A DNA stretch of 64,000 bases, taken from NCBI RefSeq assembly GCF_009914755.1, contig NC_060935.1; one strand, written 5' to 3'. The notes beneath the pieces are model-generated. The model was not told the DNA's origin, did not search any database, and was given only the letters and a program-made list of their open reading frames with translations. Source of the DNA: the human T2T-CHM13v2.0 reference genome, Homo sapiens. The position numbers were made by a program, and so were the translations under genes. Below, in pieces: positions 56,281-64,000 of the stretch (within the stretch, counting starts at the first letter, position 1; the number at the start of each line of letters is the position of its first letter).

Positions 56281-58198
56281 TATTTTTTCTTTTTCTTTTT
56301 ATGTAACTTTTGTTTTAAGTTCAGGGGTACATGTGCAAGTTTGTAATATAGGTAAACTTGTGTCATGGGGGTTGTTGTACAGATTATTTCATCACCCAGG
56401 TATTTAGCCTAGTATTCATTAGTTATTTTTCTTGATCCTCTCCCTCCTCCCACCCTCACCCTGATAGGCCCCAGTGTGTGTTGTTCCCCTCTGTGTGTCC
56501 ATGTGTTCTCATCATTTAGCTCCCACTTATAAGTAAGAACATGCAATATTTGGTTTTCTGTTCCTGTGCTACTTTGCTAAGAATAACGGCCTCCAGCTTC
56601 ATCCATGTCCATACTATGGCTGCATAGTATTCTATGGTATATATGTACCACATTTTCTTTATCCAATCTACCATTGATAGGCATTTAGGTTGATTCCATG
56701 TCTTTGCTGTTGTGAACAGTGCTGCAATGAACATATAAGTGCATGTGTCTTTGTGGTAGAATGATTTGGATCAAATGGTGTTTCTGACTTTAGGTCTCTG
56801 AAGAATTGCCGCACTGTTTTCCACAATGGTTGAGCTAATGTACACTCCTACCAACAATGCATAAGCATTCCTTATTCTCCACAACCTCACTGACATCTGT
56901 CATTTTTTGACTTTTTATAATAGCCATTCTGACTGGTGTGAGATGATATCTCACTGTGGTTTTGTTTTTCATTTCTCTAATGATCAGTGATGTTGAGCTT
57001 TTTGTCATATGCTTGTGGCCACATGTATGTCTTTTTTAAAAAAGTGTCTGTTCATGTCCTTTGCCCTCTTTTAACGGAGTTATTTGTTATTTTCTTGTAA
57101 ATTAGTTTAAGTTCCTTATAGATGCTGGATATTAGACCTTTGTCAGATGCATAGTTTGTAAATATTTTCTTCCATTCTGGGGGTTGTCTGTTTATTCTGT
57201 TGGTAGTTTCTTTTGCTGTGCAGAAGATCCTTAGTTTAATTAGATCCTATTTGTCAATCTTTGCTTTGTTGCAACTGCTTTTGGTGTCTTCATCATTAAA
57301 TTCTTGCCTGTTCCTATGGCCAGAATGGTATTGCTTAGATTGTCTTCCAGAGTTTTTATGGTTTTGTGTTTTACATTTAAGTCTTTAATCCATCTTGAGT
57401 TAATTTTTGTATATGGTGTAAGGAAGGGGTCCAGTTTGAATCTTTTGCATATGGCTAGCCAGTTACCCCAGCACTATTAATTGAATATGGAGTCCTTTCC
57501 ACATTGCTTGTTTTTGTCAGCTTTGTCAAAGATCAGATAGTTGTAGGAGTGCAGCATTACTTCTGGCCTCTCTATTCTGTTCCATTAATGTGTCTGTTTT
57601 TGTACCAGTACCATGCTGTTTTGATTACTGAAGCCCTGTACTATAGTTTGAAGTTGGGTAGTGTGATGTATCCAGCTTTGTTCTTTAAATGCCTTGGCTA
57701 CTTGGGCTTTTTGTGGGTGTTAAGGGAACAGGGGTTCCATATGAATTTTAAAATAATCTTTTCTAGTTCTGTGAAGAATGTCATTGGCTATTTAATAGGA
57801 ATATCAGTTAATCTATAAATTGCCTTGGGCAGTATAGCCATTTTAACAATAATGATTCTTCCTGTTCATGAGCATGGGATGTTTTCCCATTTGTTTATGT
57901 CATCTCTGATTTCCTTGAGGAGTGTTTTGTAGTTCTCATTGTTGAGATCTTTCACCTCCCTGGTTAGCTGTATTCCTGGTATTTTATTCTTTTTGTGGTA
58001 ATTGTGAATGGGATTATGTTCCTGATTTGGCTCTTGGCTTGACTGTTGTTGGTGTATAGGAATGCTAGTGATTTTTATATATTAATTTTGTATCCTGAGA
58101 CTTTGCTGAAGTTATTTATTAACTTAAGGAGCTTTGGGGCTAAGACTATGGGGCTTTCCAGATACAGGATCATGTTGTCTGCAAGCAGGGATAGTTTG
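56281..58198 (-). mobile_element. 5'-truncated L1PA13-16-class LINE-1, inserted in an L2
   Basis: Poly(T), aagttcaggggtacatgtgc.. 3'UTR, ORF2 C-terminal peptide MFIAALFTTAKTWNQPKC (56516-56734), RT remnant [12 protein letters not shown]. Confidence 0.9.
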
Positions 58199-58450
58199 AG
58201 AGAAAACATTAAATTGATGGTCTGGTAAGGCCCCTCTGAAAAAGAGATGTGTAAATTCAAGAATGATAAGAAAGAACTTAGATATAAAAACATCTGGGAG
58301 AAAAATATTCCAGGAAGAGAGAATAGCTAACATAAAGTCTTCAATTTTTAAGGAGAATGTTGTACTTAAAGAATAATATGGGGAAGAAATAGGCCAGTCT
58401 AGTAGACATAACAGGGGCAGGCAAAAGAGTCAGAGATGTGGGTGGTGAAA

Positions 58451-58900
58451 GTATTAGTTTCCTGTGGTTGCCACACCAAATTACCACAAACTTGATGATA
58501 TAAAACAACAGAAATGTATCCTTCTGCAGTTCTGGAAGCTGGAAGTCTGAAACTGAGATGCTGCCAGGGCTGTACTCCTTTCAAAAGCCCTAGGGGAGAA
58601 TTCTTCCTTGCTTTTTCCAACTTTGGTGGCTCTAGGTCTTCCTTGGCTTGTGGCTACATGACTCCATTCTCTTTCTTTACCCCCATATGGCCCTTCTTCT
58701 CTTCTCCCTGTGTCTCTCCTCTATGTGTCTCTATGAGGACATTTGTCATTGTATTTGGGGTCCACCTGGATAATCCAGGATGATCTAATCTCAAGATCCT
58801 CAACTTAATTATGTACACAAAGACTGTTTTTTCCAAATAAGGTCACATCTGGCTTCTGGGGGCTAGTATGTAGATTTTTTGTGTAAAACCATCCAACATA
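58451..58900 (-). mobile_element. MLT1C-like MaLR LTR
   Basis: gtattagtttcctgtggttgcc..ttaccacaaactt..ggataatccaggatgatct..ttccaaataaggtcacat. Confidence 0.8.
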
Positions 58901-59014
58901 CTTCAGAGAGCTAGGCCTTGCAGGCCAGGTAAAGCAATTTCTTTGTATTCTATATGCAATGAAAAACTCATAGAGAATTTTACATTAGAAAATAATATAG
59001 TTTGACTTAGACTT

Positions 59015-59295
59015 GTTTCTTTAAAAGAGACATGGTCTTGCTCTGTTGCCCAAGCTACATTGCGGTAGCATGATCATAGCTTACTACAGCCTCAAACTCC
59101 TGGCCTCAGCCTCTTGAGTAGTTGGGATAACAGGCACACACCACCATGCCTGGCTAATTTTTTTAATTTTTAATTTTCGTAGATACCTGGTCTCACCATC
59201 TTGTCCAGGCTGTTCTCAAACCCCTGAGGCTCAAGAAATCCTCTTGCCTCAGCCTCCCAATGTGCTAGTTCAGGCATGAGCCACCGTGCCCAGCC
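59015..59295 (-). mobile_element. AluJ
   Basis: Diverged dimer; TSD tgacttagactt / tgatttagactt. Confidence 0.85.
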
Positions 59296-60496
59296 TGATT
59301 TAGACTTTCAATCTACCATTCTGACCATGTATGAGAACTAATTGAAGGGAGAAGTAGATCAGTGATACATGAGAGAGATGGTTTGATCTTTGGTAGCAGT
59401 AGAAATAGAAGTAGAAGATTAAGAATTTGTTATGGAGGTAGAGAGAGTTAAGATTTGCTTAGGGATTACATATGGGGGTGGTGGTGAGAGAAATAAAAAA
59501 AAATGCCATCTGCCAACTACCAGTGCAACTACCTAAATGTCATCTGCTTCTGAACTCCCCACTGCCATGCTCCATATGCCTGCAAGAGTATTTGTGTCAA
59601 GGGATCACCTCCACCTCCCTAGCTATTCTTAGGCCTTTGAAAATATTATCTTCTCTGTTAGTCTAGTTCTCTTTCTAGTTTTTGTGGCATTCTGTGCCTT
59701 CTCTAACTTTTCCCCAAGAGTTTGCCCTGTCCAGTGACAAATTTTGCTTTAAAACAAGGCTATTCTAATTCCCACTCCAATGCAGTTTCCTGAGGCATCC
59801 AAACCACAACCAGACAACAGACTCTGAAATGTCAGGGATTTTTTCCATTTTATTTAGATCGAGGTGATTGAAAACTCTTTGAAAACACAAGTAACAAAGA
59901 TTCAGAGCCCAATTATACAGCAATTCTTATCCCAGTGGCATGCATACACCCAGTACGTAAGCCTCTATGGAACTAGAGTTTCTAGACTGTTTTTCTAGGT
60001 CAGATACACAAAAAAATTTGTATCATCAAAATAATATCAATTCTCATAGTTATATCTTTTCAAGAAATTATAATTTCAAGTCAAGTATAATGTTTCTCCC
60101 TTGCTAGTACGAAATTCTGATTAAGAACTCAGCCTTAAATTGTTCTGAAGTAGTTCGCGGAAGGTAGAGACAAAAAATGGAAATATGCTACAGTTGTGCT
60201 AAAGTTTATAAAGTGAAGCCCCCTTGATGAAGGCCAAATTTTCATATTGAGTAAACCATTATAATAAAATATAGCTGGAAGCCTATACTTTTGGATTCTG
60301 GGGAAGAAACAAGGCAACATGAGATCTCTGTCATTATTCTGTGACATTAGGCTATTCCTCTGTGAGTTGTTCCCAGAAGATACTCCAGAAATTCTACAAC
60401 TATTTAATTCTGGTAAGTGCCTGCCAAGCTTATTTTAAAGTAAACTAAATTTTTCAGAATAATTTCAGCTTCAAAATTTACATTTATCGTGATGGA

Positions 60497-63400
60497 AGGG
60501 ATCATGGTGGGATGCAGGACTAGATTGCAGCTCAGACAGAGCAGCATCCAGAGGCTTGCACTGTGAATTTTAGCTCCAGATGGCCTGCAAGAACAAACCG
60601 GCAATCCCAAGAGGAACCACAGACCCTCTGAAGGAAATGGACTGCTCCTGCAGGACTCGAGAGACACCCCAAATACTGTGAGTGCCCCATCTGTGGAAGT
60701 AGGAAGGGGAGACCCTCCTCTCCAAACGCACACCCCCGCTGGAGAAGCTGAAGGTCTGTTTGCGGGAGAAGTTTCTAACTTTACCTGGAGCTCAGTCAAG
60801 TTAGAGAGCCAAGTAAAATATAGGGGCAGAAGAAATAGCAGAAAGGCCTTGGGAGTTCGCTGGGTCCCCAAGCAGCCCATTCCTGCCTGGCACCACGGGG
60901 ATCCACTGGGAGGGTGGCAGGGGGTAAAACTCCACAGGGAGAAGGAATTCCCTAGATGAACTTTGTTACTATTTGAAGGGGGCGAGAAGCCTCTTGGCCA
61001 GAACTCAAGGGAGGGCACAAATTCGGCATGCAGACTTCACAGGCAGGGGAAGAACTAAAGCCATTTTCTTTTGCACCTGGGAGGCAGATAGCCTCCAGCA
61101 AGTTTTCAAGTCCCTCTCGCCCTCTGCCTGGAAACAGACTCCGGGCTGTTGTGGGGCACAGTGGGAGTGAGACCGGCCCTTCAGTTTGTGTGGGAGCTGG
61201 GTGAGGCCTGTGATTGCCAGCTTTCCCCCACTTAGCTGACAACCTGCATGACTCAGCAGAGGCAGCCATAATCCTCCTAGGTACACAACTCCAGTGACCT
61301 GGGAATCTCACCCCCATCCCCCACAGCAGCCACAGCAAGACATGCCCAAGGAGCGTCTGAGCTCAGACACGCCTGGTCCCACCTCTACCTGATGGTCCTT
61401 CCCTATCCACCCTCATAGCAGATGACAAAGGGCATATTATATTGGGAGTTGCAGGGCCCTGTCCACTACCTGTCCCTCTCCACACTACCACAGCTGCTGC
61501 TTTCTGGAAAGCACCACCTCCTGGCAGGAGGCCAATGAGCACAAAAATAGAGCATTAAACCACCAAAGCTAAGGACCCTCACAGAGTCCATTGAACCCTC
61601 TGCTACCTCCAACAGAACAGGTGCTGATATTCATGACTGAGAGACCCATAGACAGTTCACATCACAGGACTTTGTGCAGACAAGCCCCAGTACCAGCCTG
61701 GAGCCGAGCAGACTTGCTGGGTGGCTAGACCCAGAAGAAAGACAACAATCACTGCAGTTTGGCTCACAGGAAGCCATGTCCATAGGAAAAGTGGGGAGTA
61801 CTATATCAAGGGAACACCCCATGGGACAAAAGAATCTGAACAACAGCCTTCAGCCTTAGACCTTCCCTTTGACAGAGCCTATCCAAATGAGAAGGAGCCA
61901 GAAAACCAACCCTGGTAATATGACAAAACAAGGCTCTTCAACACCCCCTGAAAATCACACTAGTTCACCAGCAATGGATCCAAACCAGTAAAAATCCCTG
62001 ATTTACCTGAAAAGGAATTCAGGAGGTTAGTTATTAAGCTAATCAGGGAGGGACCAGAGAAAGGTGAAGCCCAATGCAAGGAAATACAAAAAATGATATT
62101 AAGAAGTGAAGGGAGAAATATTCAATGAAATAGATAGCTTAAAAAAAAAACAATAAAAAATTCAGGAATCTTTGGACACACTTTTAGAAATGAAAAATGC
62201 TCTGGAAAGTCTCAGCAATAGAATTGAACAAGTAGAAGAAAGAAATTCAGAGCTTGAAGACAATGTCTTCGAATTAACCCAATCCAACAAAGATAAAGAA
62301 AAAAGAATAAGAAAATATGAATAAAACTTCCAAGAAGACTGGGAGTATGTTAAATGAAAAAAACCTAAGAATAATCAGTGTTCCTGAGGAAGAAGAGAAT
62401 TCTAAAAGCTCAGAAAACATATTTGGGGAAAACTTCCCTGGCCTAGCTAGAGAACTAGACATCCAAATACAAGAAGCACAAAGAACACTTGGGAAATTTA
62501 TTACAAAAAGATGTTTGCCTAGGCACACTGTCATCAGATTACCCAAAGTTGAGATGAAGGAAAGAATCTTAAGAGCTGTGACACAGAGGCACCAGGTAAC
62601 CTATAAAGGAAAATCTATCAGATGAACAGCAGATTTCTCAGCATAAACCCTGCAAGCTAGACGGGATTGGGGCCCTATCTTCACCCTTCTCAAACAAAAC
62701 AATTATCAGCCAAGAATTTTGTATCCAGCAAAACTAAGCATCACATATGAAGGAAAGATACAGTTGTTTTCAGACAAACAAATGCTGAATGAATTCGCCA
62801 TTACCATTTGCCTATAAAACAAAAATACAAGCTAAAAAGCAAAAAAAAAAAAAAACAAAAAGCAAAGTACACAGGCAACAAAGAACACAATTAATGCAAC
62901 AGTACCTCACATTTCAATACTAACATTAAATGTAAATGGCCTAAATGCTCCACTTAAAAGATACAGAACTGCAGAATGGATAAGAACTCACCAACCAACT
63001 ATCTGCTACCTTCAGGAGACTCACCTAACACATAAAGACTCAAATAAACTTAAAGTAAAGGGGTGGAAAAAGCAAATGAACACCAAAAGTGAGCCAGGGT
63101 AGTTATTCCTATAGCAGACAAAACAAACTTTAAAGCAACAGTGGTTAAAAGAGGCAAAGAGGGACATTATGTAATGGTAAAAGGCCTTGTCCCACAGGAA
63201 AATATCACAATCCTAAACATATATGCACCTAACACTGGAACTCCCAAATTTATACAACAATTATGAATAAACCTAAGAAATGAGATAGACAGCAACACAA
63301 TAATAGTAGGAGACTTCAATACACCACTGACAGCACTAGTCAGGTTCTTAAGACAGAAAGTCAACAAACAAACAATGGATTTAAACTATACCTTGGAACA

Positions 63401-64000
63401 AATGGACTTAAACGAATATACAGAATATTTCATCCAACAACCACAGGATACACATTCTATTTAACAGCACGTGGATCTTTCTCCAAGGTAGACCATATGA
63501 TAGGCCATAAAATGAGCCTCAATAAATTGAAGAAAATTGAAATTATATCAAGCACTCTCTCAGACCACAGTGGAATAAAACTGGAAATCAACTCCAAAAA
63601 GAACCTTTAAAATAGGTGGAAATAAATACATGGAAATTAAATAACCTGCTCCTGAATGGGCACTGTGTCAAAAATGAAATCAAGATGAAAATTAAAAAAT
63701 TCTTCAAACTGAATGACAATAATGTCACAACCTATCAAAACTCTGGGATACAGCAAAGGCGTTGGTAAGAGGAAAGTTTATGGCCCTAAATGCCCACATC
63801 AAAAACTCTGAAAGAGTACAAAGAGACAATCTAAGGTCACACCTCAAGAAACTAGAAAAAGAAGAACAAACAAAACCCAAACCCAACAGAAGGAAGGAAA
63901 AACCAAGATGAGAGCAGAACTAAATGAAATTGAAATTAAAAAAATACAAAAGATAAATGAAACAAAACCTGGTTCTTTGAAAAGATACATAAAATTGATA
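60497..64000 (+). mobile_element. Decayed 5'-intact L1PB-type LINE-1 (5' UTR, ORF1 from about 61887, ORF2 endonuclease from about 62890), running off the window
   Basis: L1PBa-like 5'UTR (caggactagattgcagctc); ORF1 peptides (NLRIISVPEEEE, LDIQIQEAQRT); ORF2 ISILTLNVNGLNAPLKR, VGDFNTPL, LSDHSGI; many stops and frameshifts. Confidence 0.92.

Noticed and set aside
60404-61338. 204-aa and 128-aa minus-strand ORFs
   Set aside because: They lie in the GC-rich L1PB 5' UTR; no recognisable protein, and I cannot equate them with L1PA ORF0.

Overview
This is primate, almost certainly human, genomic DNA: AT-rich, CpG-depleted and full of Alu, L1, L2, MIR, LTR and MER repeats. It covers the 3' end of LRRC4C (NGL-1, netrin-G1 ligand) on the minus strand. 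Visible gene parts are a 53-nt 5'-UTR exon (49359-49411), a 24.5-kb last intron, and a terminal exon with the entire 640-aa CDS (22924-24846) and a short 3' UTR. Downstream lies a complete non-autonomous ERV1 provirus (MER61A-type LTRs, 8021-14164, CTTC TSD) with nested Alus. The rest is intronic or intergenic repeat landscape, ending in a decayed 5'-intact L1PB-type element. I see no evidence for a new multi-gene system; all ORFs other than LRRC4C look like repeat-derived or chance ORFs. The most unusual observations are: (i) a near-perfect 63-bp inverted duplication around an internally palindromic AT-rich spacer 1.6 kb into the last intron; (ii) a separate 52-bp-stem hairpin in that intron; (iii) an overlapping out-of-frame uORF spanning all three candidate start codons; (iv) a MaLR+Alu chimeric insertion under one TSD inside the provirus; (v) an 88-bp local duplication that copied a transposon junction. 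Repeat family names are from recalled consensus sequences and need RepeatMasker/Dfam confirmation.
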